In this document: positions 7,201 to 15,019 of the stretch, piece by piece | How the letters are laid out: every line of letters begins with the position of its first letter | How positions within the stretch are numbered: the stretch's first letter is position 1 | NCBI GenBank assembly: GCA_031362565.1 | Contig: JANLSU010000026.1 | Coordinates: 1 to 15,264, forward strand | Length of the DNA stretch: 15,264 bases | From: a bacterium | GTDB taxonomy: Bacteria > Krumholzibacteriota > Krumholzibacteriia > G020349025 | Direction: 5' to 3' | Notes under the pieces: generated by a model | What the model was told of the DNA's origin: nothing | Database searches by the model: none | The model's input: only the letters and a program-made list of their open reading frames with translations | Program-made: the position numbers and the translations under genes

Positions 7201-8544
7201 GTGGCGCTCTGCGGTGCGCGTCGTCTTTGGATCGTTGCTTTGAGTGTCGCGGCGTTTGTCGCGACGCTTTCGGGCTGTGCTTCCGAACCCGAGTCCGTGC
7301 TTGCACCCACCGGCGCGACTGCCGGCAAGGCGTTGCCGCCGTTCGCGCCGAATTGGGTTTCGAATCCGAAGTTCTTCGCGGCCAACGCGCACCTCTCTTC
7401 GTTCGCCGCCACACCCACTCAACTGCTCGCCGCGACGACCGACGAACTGCCGAGCCGTCTCGTGCGCATTTCGGAAGCCGGCGAACTGCAGGCCTTCGCG
7501 CCGCAATTCACGCTGCCGATGGGCACGACCTGCTATCTCGACTGTGCACCCGGCATCGGCGCTTTTCCGCAGGGTTTGATTCTGATCGGCGCCGGATCCG
7601 ACGTGTGGGAAATGCCGGAAGACGGTGCGGTCGCGGTCCTGCTCGTGACCCTGCCCGCCGAAGACGGCCCGATCACCGGCGTGTGCTTCGACACGGTGGG
7701 CAACTTCGATTACAACCTCGTTGTACTGACGAATTCGGGCGCCGCATATCGTATCGACGCGCAATCGCACGCTCAATGGATCGGATCCTTCGGTCCGGGA
7801 GCGAGCGGACCGAGCGTGGCACCGCGCGGATTCGGCCGGTTCGCAGGCCATTTGCTGGCGGCGTTTTCCGCCGATTCGGATGTGCGCGCGTTGAGCCCGG
7901 GCGGCATCGTGAGCCCGGTCGTGCGCTGGTCCGGCGTCAACGGCACCTTTGTGATCCCCGACAGTCCGCGTGGTTTTGGTTCGACGGCGAGCACTCTCTT
8001 CCTGGCGACCGACGCGGGCGACGTCTACCGCTATCCGTTGCGCGACCTCGAGACACGCGGCGGCCAAGTGGTAATGACGACAATGCACCGCTCCGGCAGC
8101 GGCCTCATTACGCGCGAGGGCAGCGAGCTTCGCATTCGGCCGTTCAGCCGGTTCGTGGGCGTCGAACGCGCCGCGGGCTTCGTGCGCCGACCGGCCGTGT
8201 GGAACATCACGATCGATGTTCTGCCGGGTGTCTCACCGAACGTGATCACGCTCGGTCCGACAGCTCTCGTACCGGTCGCGATTCTCTCGTCGACGGGATT
8301 CGTGCCGTCTCTTTTGGACGGTGGCGCGCTGACGTTTTCCGGCGCGCACCCGGTGTTCGATCCCCGCGGCCGCATGGGCAGCTACTCGGACGTGAACCAC
8401 GATGGGGTGCTCGATTTCGTGGTGCGATTCCGCGCTGCGGATCTCGCGATCGAGGCCGGCGAGTTGACCCTGCAGCTCGACGGCACTGCCTTGGCGGGCG
8501 ACTGCGTGCGCGGCAGCGATCGCGCTGTCGCGCTGACGCCGTAG
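7201..8544 (+). CDS. Uncharacterised lipoprotein: probable beta-propeller plus C-terminal beta-rich domain with a Dx[DN]xDG Ca-binding loop
   Basis: AAGGAG at 7191-7196 precedes an in-frame GTG at 7201 (ORF track starts at 7069, which overlaps the promoter). Signal peptide II: RR, hydrophobic stretch, lipobox LSG-C (Cys 7276-7278). Blade-like segments (ITGVCFDTVG, GAAYRID, GDVYRY). C-terminal 'IDVLPG..PN.I......VPVAILSS..F....DVNHDGVLDFVVRF' domain. Confidence 0.75.
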   Translation: MALCGARRLWIVALSVAAFVATLSGCASEPESVLAPTGATAGKALPPFAPNWVSNPKFFAANAHLSSFAATPTQLLAATTDELPSRLVRISEAGELQAFAPQFTLPMGTTCYLDCAPGIGAFPQGLILIGAGSDVWEMPEDGAVAVLLVTLPAEDGPITGVCFDTVGNFDYNLVVLTNSGAAYRIDAQSHAQWIGSFGPGASGPSVAPRGFGRFAGHLLAAFSADSDVRALSPGGIVSPVVRWSGVNGTFVIPDSPRGFGSTASTLFLATDAGDVYRYPLRDLETRGGQVVMTTMHRSGSGLITREGSELRIRPFSRFVGVERAAGFVRRPAVWNITIDVLPGVSPNVITLGPTALVPVAILSSTGFVPSLLDGGALTFSGAHPVFDPRGRMGSYSDVNHDGVLDFVVRFRAADLAIEAGELTLQLDGTALAGDCVRGSDRAVALTP

Positions 8545-8562
8545 ACGCGGCGCGGCCCGGAT

Positions 8563-8841
8563 ATGCGTCTCGACCTCTTCCTCAAGAAAACCTGCATCCT
8601 GAAATCGCGCGCCGCGGCCAAGGACGTCTGCGATGCGGGCGCGGCCACGGTCAACGGGCGCACCGCGAAAGGTTCGCAGGAGCTACGGGCGGGCGACGTG
8701 GTGCAGCTCCAACTGCTGCATCGCCAGGTCGAACTCCGGGTGCTCGAGGTCCCGGGCGGCAACGTTGCCAAGCGTGACATTCCGCGTTACGTGGTCGTGC
8801 TGCGCGATGAACCGCGTGAACGGTTCGAACGTTTTAGCTGA
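8563..8841 (+). CDS. S4-domain RNA-binding protein, YabO/RqcP-like (Hsp15 family)
   Basis: 92 aa, MRLDLFLK...KSR..AK..CDAG...VNG..AK.S.ELR.GD S4 signature. Short form without the long C-terminal helix of E. coli-type Hsp15. Confidence 0.88.
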   Translation: MRLDLFLKKTCILKSRAAAKDVCDAGAATVNGRTAKGSQELRAGDVVQLQLLHRQVELRVLEVPGGNVAKRDIPRYVVVLRDEPRERFERFS

Positions 8842-8997
8842 AAACACGACCGCTTCCGGCCGACCTCCTGAAGGCACCCCTGAAGCCCGGGACTTTTGGT
8901 AGACGCCCAGGCGGCGCTATGATGAAGTCGTGGATCGTGGTCTTGCACCGGCCCGGGGGGCCGGCGCGACATGGGTGGACGGGCGAGGGGCTACGGC

Positions 8998-9819
8998 GTG
9001 ACCGAGACAATCGACTACATGCAGGCCGTGGCGGAAGAACGCCACCCCATCGTCAGCATCTATCACGTCACCAAACGGTACGGCCGCCGGACCGCGCTGC
9101 AAGACGTCACTCTGCACCTGCAGCACGGCGAGTTTCTCTTCCTTGTCGGCTCGAGCGGTGCCGGCAAGTCCACCATCATGCGGCTCGTCTACATGGAGGA
9201 ATTCCCCACCGAGGGCCAGGTCACGGTGGCGGGGTTCGTGTCGACGCGCATGAAGCGCAGCAAGATTGCCATGCTGCGGCGCAAGGTCGGCCTCATCTTC
9301 CAGGATTTCAAGCTGCTCGAGGATCGTAACGTCTACGACAACGTCGCCTTTCCGTGCTACGTGACGGGCGCCAATGGGACGTACATCAAGAAAACGGCGC
9401 TGGACGTCATTTCACGCGTCGGCCTGTACGGCAAGCGCAACAACTTGCCGTCGGAGCTGTCGGGTGGCGAGCAGCAGCGGGTCGCGATCGCGCGCGCGCT
9501 GGTCAACTCGCCGCATGTGCTGCTCGCCGACGAACCGACCGGCAACCTCGACCCCGACGTGACGCGCGAGATCCTCAAGCTCTTGTTCCAGATCAACGCT
9601 GCCGGGACGGCGGTCATCATGGCGACCCACGACCATGAACTGGTGCGCAAGTACGGGCATCGCATCGTGCACGTGGAGCAGGGCGAAATCGTCAAGGACG
9701 AGCACGCGATGGGGGCGCGGGAAGTGCTCGATGCGCGCCGCGCGCTGGTCGCGGGCGATCCGGGCGGGCCGGAAATCATCGCGCCCCCGCCACTCAACCC
9801 CGAGACCGGGCGCCGCTAG
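8998..9819 (+). CDS. ftsE: Cell division ATP-binding protein FtsE
   Basis: Walker A GSSGAGKST, Q-loop 'IFQDFKLL', signature LSGGEQQRVAIARA, Walker B LLADEPTGNLD and 'MATHD'; lies directly upstream of ftsX. Start chosen at GTG 8998 (GAGGGG upstream); 8971 and 9019 are alternatives. Confidence 0.93.
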   Translation: MTETIDYMQAVAEERHPIVSIYHVTKRYGRRTALQDVTLHLQHGEFLFLVGSSGAGKSTIMRLVYMEEFPTEGQVTVAGFVSTRMKRSKIAMLRRKVGLIFQDFKLLEDRNVYDNVAFPCYVTGANGTYIKKTALDVISRVGLYGKRNNLPSELSGGEQQRVAIARALVNSPHVLLADEPTGNLDPDVTREILKLLFQINAAGTAVIMATHDHELVRKYGHRIVHVEQGEIVKDEHAMGAREVLDARRALVAGDPGGPEIIAPPPLNPETGRR

Positions 9820-9832
9820 GGAGGCAACGAGC

Positions 9833-10705
9833 GTGTTCACCAACAGCCAAATGCGCTACGTGATGCGCGAATCGTTCGGGGTGTTCTGGCGCATGAAGGG
9901 CCTGAGCATCGCCTCGACGCTCATCATGAGCGTCGCGCTTCTCATGCTCGCACTTTTCACGCTGATGACGATCAATATGCGCAACGTAGCGCGCTCACTG
10001 CGGAGCGAGATCGAAATGGACGTATTCGTCAAAGAGGACATGGCGGATGAGCAGGCGCAAAGCCTGCGCAACCGCCTGGAGCACATGCCCGGCGTCGAGA
10101 GCGTCACGTTCGTGTCGAAGGCAGACGCGCTCAAGGAATTTCGCGAGCAACTCGGACCCGATAGCGACCTGATCGACGTGCTGGAGGAAAACCCGCTACC
10201 GGCGTCGATGCGCCTGTCGATGCAAGAAACCCATCGCCAATCCGACCAGCTGGCCATGCTCGCGAGTTACATCCGCGAGCAGACCGAAGTCGACGAGGTG
10301 CGCTACGGCGACCAGTGGGTGTCGCGCCTCGAGCAGTACATTCGGATCTTTTCCATGCTGGACGTGCTGGTGGGCGGCGTCGTGCTCTTGTCGGCGCTGT
10401 TTGTCATCTCCAACACCGTGCGTCTGACGGTGATGGCGCGGTCGCGCACCATCGAAATCATGCGCTTGGTGGGGGGCACGAACTGGTTCATCCGCATGCC
10501 GTTCGTGATCGAGGGCGCGGTGCAAGGCGCGGTGGCGGGCGCCATCGCCATCGGCGCCCTCTGGGTCATGCATCACTACGCTGTGCGCTATGTGCACCAG
10601 CTCGTCTTCTACGACCGCATCCAAGTCATTGGATTCGTCGTCTTGTGCTCGTCGGTCTGTATCTTTGGCGCCGCGACCTCGTTGCGGCGGTTCCTGCAAC
10701 TGTGA
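9833..10705 (+). CDS. ftsX: Cell division permease-like protein FtsX
   Basis: GGAGG at 9820-9824 precedes GTG 9833, giving 290 aa. Motifs 'VSKADAL..F', 'ENPLPAS', 'ISNTVRLTV.AR..IEIMRLVG.T.WFIR.PF..EG'; four hydrophobic segments. Confidence 0.93.
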   Translation: MFTNSQMRYVMRESFGVFWRMKGLSIASTLIMSVALLMLALFTLMTINMRNVARSLRSEIEMDVFVKEDMADEQAQSLRNRLEHMPGVESVTFVSKADALKEFREQLGPDSDLIDVLEENPLPASMRLSMQETHRQSDQLAMLASYIREQTEVDEVRYGDQWVSRLEQYIRIFSMLDVLVGGVVLLSALFVISNTVRLTVMARSRTIEIMRLVGGTNWFIRMPFVIEGAVQGAVAGAIAIGALWVMHHYAVRYVHQLVFYDRIQVIGFVVLCSSVCIFGAATSLRRFLQL

Positions 10706-11991
10706 CAGCGTGGAACGGCAAGGACGCGGTGCGCGGCGCCGGACGACGGACGGGGTTCGTTCTCCGGTTCGCGCTCGGGCTCACACTCGGGCTCGCACTG
10801 GCTCTGGCGCCTGCCGCCCGCGCCCAAACGGCGCCGCGGCCGGCGCGCGCCGCGACGCCCGCCGACTCGGCCAAAGCCTACGAGCGGCGTATTCAAGAGC
10901 AGGAGGCCAAGCTCAAGGAACTGCGCGACGACATTCAGGAATACCGCAGCCGCAATCGCGAACTCGGTGTGAAGGAAAACAGCGCCGCAGCCCAGCTTCG
11001 CGTCCTCGAACGGGAGACCGCTCTCACGGCCGACCTGCTTCGCTCGCTGGAATCGAAACAGGATCGCGTCGAGTCACAAATCGACGGCATTCGGGCCGAG
11101 CACGACCGGGCGACCGAGATCTTGGCGACCCGCAAGCGGCAACTGGCGCGCACGCTACGTGCCATGTACGTGCGTGGCGCGCCGACCACCGCCGAGGTCG
11201 TCCTGCGAACGTCGAGCATGCGCTACGCACTCTCGCACTTCAAATACCTGGGACTCGTGGCGCGCAACAACGAACGGCTCCTGGGTGAGATCCGCGCCGA
11301 AGAACAGTATCTCGCCCAGACCGATGCCAAGCTCACCGAGACGCTCTATGCGATCAAGACGAACGCCGACGAGACCCGCGAGGAGAAAGAGCGCCTGGCG
11401 CAATCCAAGCGCGCCCGCAGCACAGCCTTGAAACGTGTCCGGCAGCAACGCGCCGAATTCAAGCGCGCCCTCGAGGATCTCTCGGCCTCCGAGCGCAAGG
11501 TGCAGTCGTTCATCGCGGTGCTCGAAAAACGGCGCACCGCCGCCGTCGCCGCCGGACGCGCCGTCGAAGTGTTTCCGGATGTCGGCTTCGGACGGCTGCG
11601 CGGCAGCATGCCATGGCCGGCGCGCGGCCGCGTCGTCGCCGGGTTCGGGCGCCAGAAGCATCCCGTGTACGGCACCGAGACCTTCAATGGCGGCGTCGAT
11701 ATCGCCGCCCCGGAGGGCTCCGACGTCCGCTGCGTGGCGCGCGGGCAGGCGGAAATGGTGAAGTGGATGGATGGTTACGGCAAGACCGTCATCATCAATC
11801 ACGGCGGCGGCTTTTATACCGTTTACGCGCACTTGGCGCAGACGATGGTGAGCGAATCGCAAACCATCGAACCCGGCGAAGTCATCGGCCGCGTCGGCGA
11901 CACCGGTTCGCTCGACGGCGTGAAACTGCACTTCGAAGTGTGGTCGGGCGCCGGCGGCGCTCTGAACCCCATGGCGTGGCTCGGGCGCTGA
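10702..11991 (+). CDS. envC: Murein hydrolase activator EnvC family protein (coiled coil plus degenerate M23/LytM domain)
   Basis: GTGA overlap with the ftsX stop suggests the start. Signal peptide ending A-R-A, long coiled coil, then 'LRGSMPWPARG.V...FG', 'GVDI', 'GYGKTVIINHG', 'YAHL', 'LHFEV'. Follows ftsEX. Confidence 0.88.
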   Translation: MTAWNGKDAVRGAGRRTGFVLRFALGLTLGLALALAPAARAQTAPRPARAATPADSAKAYERRIQEQEAKLKELRDDIQEYRSRNRELGVKENSAAAQLRVLERETALTADLLRSLESKQDRVESQIDGIRAEHDRATEILATRKRQLARTLRAMYVRGAPTTAEVVLRTSSMRYALSHFKYLGLVARNNERLLGEIRAEEQYLAQTDAKLTETLYAIKTNADETREEKERLAQSKRARSTALKRVRQQRAEFKRALEDLSASERKVQSFIAVLEKRRTAAVAAGRAVEVFPDVGFGRLRGSMPWPARGRVVAGFGRQKHPVYGTETFNGGVDIAAPEGSDVRCVARGQAEMVKWMDGYGKTVIINHGGGFYTVYAHLAQTMVSESQTIEPGEVIGRVGDTGSLDGVKLHFEVWSGAGGALNPMAWLGR

Positions 11992-12022
11992 ATCGCCGCA
12001 CCACTCTGTTTCGCCCCCTACC

Positions 12023-12051
12023 TTGTGAGCCCGCGACCGCACGGCTATCCT
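12023..12051 (+). promoter_or_regulatory. Putative sigma70 promoter giving a leaderless holB transcript
   Basis: TTGTGA (12023-12028), 17 nt spacer, TATCCT (12046-12051), then 7 nt to ATG 12059. No Shine-Dalgarno upstream of the ATG. Confidence 0.5.
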
Positions 12052-12058
12052 CGCCGCC

Positions 12059-13363
12059 ATGTGGATCGGCGACTTTGGACAACCCCGGATCGAAACCCAG
12101 CTCGACGAAATGCTGACGCGCGGCCGCGTCGGCGGTTCGTTCTTGTTCGACGGGCCGCCTGGGGTTGGCAAGGAAGCGCTCGCGGTCGAGATCGGGCGTG
12201 TCCTGAACTGCGAACGTGCGGTCGATGGCGGCACGCCGTGCCCGGCACGGGCACCGTTTACGCGCCTGGATGCCGCACCGCCGCGGGCCGCCAAGGCGAA
12301 AGCCGCCGCAGGCCCTGCCGCGAAACGCGCCGCGACGCTCGATGTGCCAATGGGTGCGGACCGCTGCGGTTCCTGCCACAAGTTCGATCTGCTGCAACAT
12401 CCGGATCTGCTGCTCGTTTTCCCCGTGCCTACGGATACTTGGGATGAAGCGGTGCCGCAAAGCCGCGGCGACCAGAAGCAATACAACACTCTGGGCGAGA
12501 TCCTGCGCCAGAAGGCCGCCAATCCGTACTATCGGAAGGACGACTTCGACCGGCCGAGTAACATCGAAGCCGAGGTCCTGCGCGACAAAGTCTTGCCGAT
12601 GGCGTACAGCCGCCCGGTCGAGGGCAGGATCAAGACGATCATCATTTCCGACGCCGAGCAGATGGCCCGGGGCATCGGCAACGTGTTGTTGAAAACGCTC
12701 GAAGAACCGCCGGCGAATTGCTTGCTCGTCCTGACGACCACGGTGCCGCAGCGCTTGCTGCCGACCATCTTGTCGCGCTGCCAGAGGCTGCGGTTCTCGC
12801 CGCTCGCCCCCGAATGGATGCAGCCGCGCTTGCAAGCCCTGCACGACGTGCTCCCCGACAAAGCGCGCCTTGCGGCAGCCGTCTCCCAGGGCAGCATGCT
12901 GGCCGCGCAACGTTTCCTGGACGGCGGCCTGCAGGAGTTGCGTGATTCGGCGATCGAGATCTTGCAGTGGGCCGCCGCCGACCGCGAACTCGAACTCTTG
13001 GAGCGTGCTCAGAGCATGGCGCAAGAGCACGGGAAAAAACGCCACGCCGTGCCGTTGCTCTTGCAATTGATGTTGGTGGCCGGGCGCGATGCACTGGTCG
13101 CGGGCGCCGGCGGTACGAAGGCCGGCCGGCCGGCACCGGCCGCGGCGCTCATCAATAGTGACCGCGCGGCTGACATTGCAGAAATCGCCCGCGCCTTCAC
13201 GCCCGAGGCTTTGCGCCAAGTGCTGCGCGATGCCGGCACCGCCGAGCGGCAAATCGCTCACAACGCCGCCGTGGAACACACGCTTGCCGCATTCTTCCTG
13301 GACGTCGCGCAAGCGGCGCGGCAAAATGCGGCACCCGTCGCGGGCCCGGCCCGCCGCCGCTGA
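12059..13363 (+). CDS. holB: DNA polymerase III subunit delta'
   Basis: GQ N-terminal motif, 'FLFDGPPGVGK', four-Cys Zn module, 'HPDL', 'IIISDAEQM....N.LLKTLEEPP', 'LLPTILSRCQ' (SRC motif); adjacent to metG. Confidence 0.92.
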   Translation: MWIGDFGQPRIETQLDEMLTRGRVGGSFLFDGPPGVGKEALAVEIGRVLNCERAVDGGTPCPARAPFTRLDAAPPRAAKAKAAAGPAAKRAATLDVPMGADRCGSCHKFDLLQHPDLLLVFPVPTDTWDEAVPQSRGDQKQYNTLGEILRQKAANPYYRKDDFDRPSNIEAEVLRDKVLPMAYSRPVEGRIKTIIISDAEQMARGIGNVLLKTLEEPPANCLLVLTTTVPQRLLPTILSRCQRLRFSPLAPEWMQPRLQALHDVLPDKARLAAAVSQGSMLAAQRFLDGGLQELRDSAIEILQWAAADRELELLERAQSMAQEHGKKRHAVPLLLQLMLVAGRDALVAGAGGTKAGRPAPAAALINSDRAADIAEIARAFTPEALRQVLRDAGTAERQIAHNAAVEHTLAAFFLDVAQAARQNAAPVAGPARRR

Positions 13364-13384
13364 TTTACCACTGAGGCGAGGCGC

Positions 13385-14911
13385 ATGAAGTTCTACATCA
13401 CCACGGCGATCGACTACGTCAACGCCAATCCCCATATCGGCACCGCGTACGAAAAGATCGCGGCCGATTTTATCGCCCGGGCGCGGCGCCTGGCCGGCGA
13501 CGACGTTCGCTTCGTGATGGGAAACGACGAACACAGCGTCAATGTGGCACGCGAGGCGCAAAAACACGGCCTCGAGCCGCTCGCCTACTGCGACGAGATG
13601 GAAGGCAAGTTCCGCACCGTGTGGGATCACCTGAATCTGTCGTACGACGACTTTATTCGGACCACCCAGCCGCGGCACCGGCGCACCGTGCAAGAGCTGT
13701 TCGGGCGCGTGCACGCCGCCGGCGACATCTACAAGGGCAAGTACAGCGGCTACTACTGCGATTCGTGCGAGGCGTTCTACCTGGAGCGCGACCTCGTCGA
13801 CGGCAAGTGTCCGACGCACAAGACCGTGCCCCGCTGGCTCGAAGAGGACAATTACTTCTTCGCCCTGTCGAAGTTCGGGGAGCGGCTGCGATCGCACATC
13901 CAGGACAATCCCGAATTCGTGCAGCCGGACATCCGCCGCAACGAAGTGCTCAAGGTCATCGAGAGCGGTCTCGAGGATATTTCCGTGTCGCGGAGCGGCG
14001 TCGACTGGGGCATTCCGCTGCCGCTCGATCCCAAACACGTCGTGTACGTGTGGTTCGATGCGCTCATCAACTACATCTCAGCGCTCGGTTGGCCGGACGA
14101 CGCGGACGGCCTGTACGCCCGCTACTGGCCGGCCGACCTGCACGTCATCGGCAAGGACATCACGCGCTTCCATTGTTTGATTTGGCCCGCGATGTTGATG
14201 AGCGCCGGCCTGCCCTTGCCGCACCGGATTTGGGGTCACGGGTTCGTGACCGTGGGCGGCGAGAAGCTCTCGAAGTCGCTCGGCAACATCGTTGCCCCGG
14301 TGGATGTCACGGCGCGCTATGGCGTCGACGGCTTTCGTTATCTCTTCCTGCGCGAAGTGCCGTTCAATCGCGATGGCGATTTTTCGTGGTCGACCTACAA
14401 CGATCGGTACAACGCCGACCTCGCGAACGACTTGGGAAACCTGCTGTCGCGGACGCTGGCGATGGTGCAGCGCTACATGGATGGCGCCGTGCCGCCGCGG
14501 GCTCCGGCCACGCCGGCCGATGCCGGAGTACTGGGAGCACTCGAAAACGCCGTGCGCGACTACCGCGCCGCGCTCGAGGGCTTTGCCATTCACTCGGCGC
14601 TGGCCGCGGCCTGGTCGGCGATCCAAGCCGCCAACCGCTACGTCGACGACACCAAGCCCTGGGCTTTGGCAAAGAAGCCCGAGGACCGTGACCGGCTCGC
14701 GGCCGTGCTGCGCAATCTGCTCGAGGTCTTGCGGCAAGTGAGCGTCATGGTAGCGCCCGCCATGCCTGCCAAAGCTGCCGAAATGCGCCGCCAGCTCGGA
14801 CTGCCGGACGACATCGCCGCGCTCCGCTATGACGCCGAGTTCGGGCCGCCGCCCGCGAATTGGGTGCAAGTGCAGCCGGGCACGGCGCTCTTCCCGCGCC
14901 TCGAAGCCTAA
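13385..14911 (+). CDS. metG: Methionine--tRNA ligase (short form, no C-terminal tRNA-binding/dimerisation domain)
   Basis: 'FYITTAIDYVN..PHIGTAY' (HIGH), 'G.DEH', 'DDFIRTT', single Zn knuckle CDSC...CPTH, 'YVWFDAL.NY', 'GKDI.RFH...WPA.L', KLSKSLGN, 'LANDLGNL..R' and C-terminal 'LFPRLE'. Confidence 0.97.
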   Translation: MKFYITTAIDYVNANPHIGTAYEKIAADFIARARRLAGDDVRFVMGNDEHSVNVAREAQKHGLEPLAYCDEMEGKFRTVWDHLNLSYDDFIRTTQPRHRRTVQELFGRVHAAGDIYKGKYSGYYCDSCEAFYLERDLVDGKCPTHKTVPRWLEEDNYFFALSKFGERLRSHIQDNPEFVQPDIRRNEVLKVIESGLEDISVSRSGVDWGIPLPLDPKHVVYVWFDALINYISALGWPDDADGLYARYWPADLHVIGKDITRFHCLIWPAMLMSAGLPLPHRIWGHGFVTVGGEKLSKSLGNIVAPVDVTARYGVDGFRYLFLREVPFNRDGDFSWSTYNDRYNADLANDLGNLLSRTLAMVQRYMDGAVPPRAPATPADAGVLGALENAVRDYRAALEGFAIHSALAAAWSAIQAANRYVDDTKPWALAKKPEDRDRLAAVLRNLLEVLRQVSVMVAPAMPAKAAEMRRQLGLPDDIAALRYDAEFGPPPANWVQVQPGTALFPRLEA

Positions 14912-14971
14912 GAACGCCTGGCCTACCTCAGGACGACAGCTTTCCGCGTGAGGCGTTTCCCTTCGAGCCGG

Positions 14972-15019
14972 TGCTACACTCAATGGGAAGGAGATCCCGC
15001 ATGCTTGCCGTGCATCAAT
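14972..15019 (+). pseudogene. Promoter, RBS and first six codons (MLAVHQ) of an unidentified gene apparently interrupted by the IS
   Basis: Extended -10 TG-C-TACACT (14972-14980), AAGGAG (14988-14993), ATG 15001. The frame runs into the putative IS end at 15020 and stops at 15058-15060. Confidence 0.4.

Noticed and set aside
7032..8777. 581-aa plus-strand ORF overlapping the lipoprotein and S4 genes
   Set aside because: Arg-rich off-frame translation typical of high-GC DNA; the other frames encode recognisable proteins.
8842..8997. Possible ftsE promoter (TATGAT 8918-8923), CCTGAAG direct repeat, or small RNA in the intergenic gap
   Set aside because: The -35 match is weak, a 7-bp repeat can arise by chance, and I see no recognisable RNA family structure.
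9635..10701. ORF-track starts for ftsX (9635) and envC (10315)
   Set aside because: They would overlap upstream genes by hundreds of bases. Starts at 9833 (with SD) and 10702 (GTGA coupling, followed by a signal peptide) fit better.
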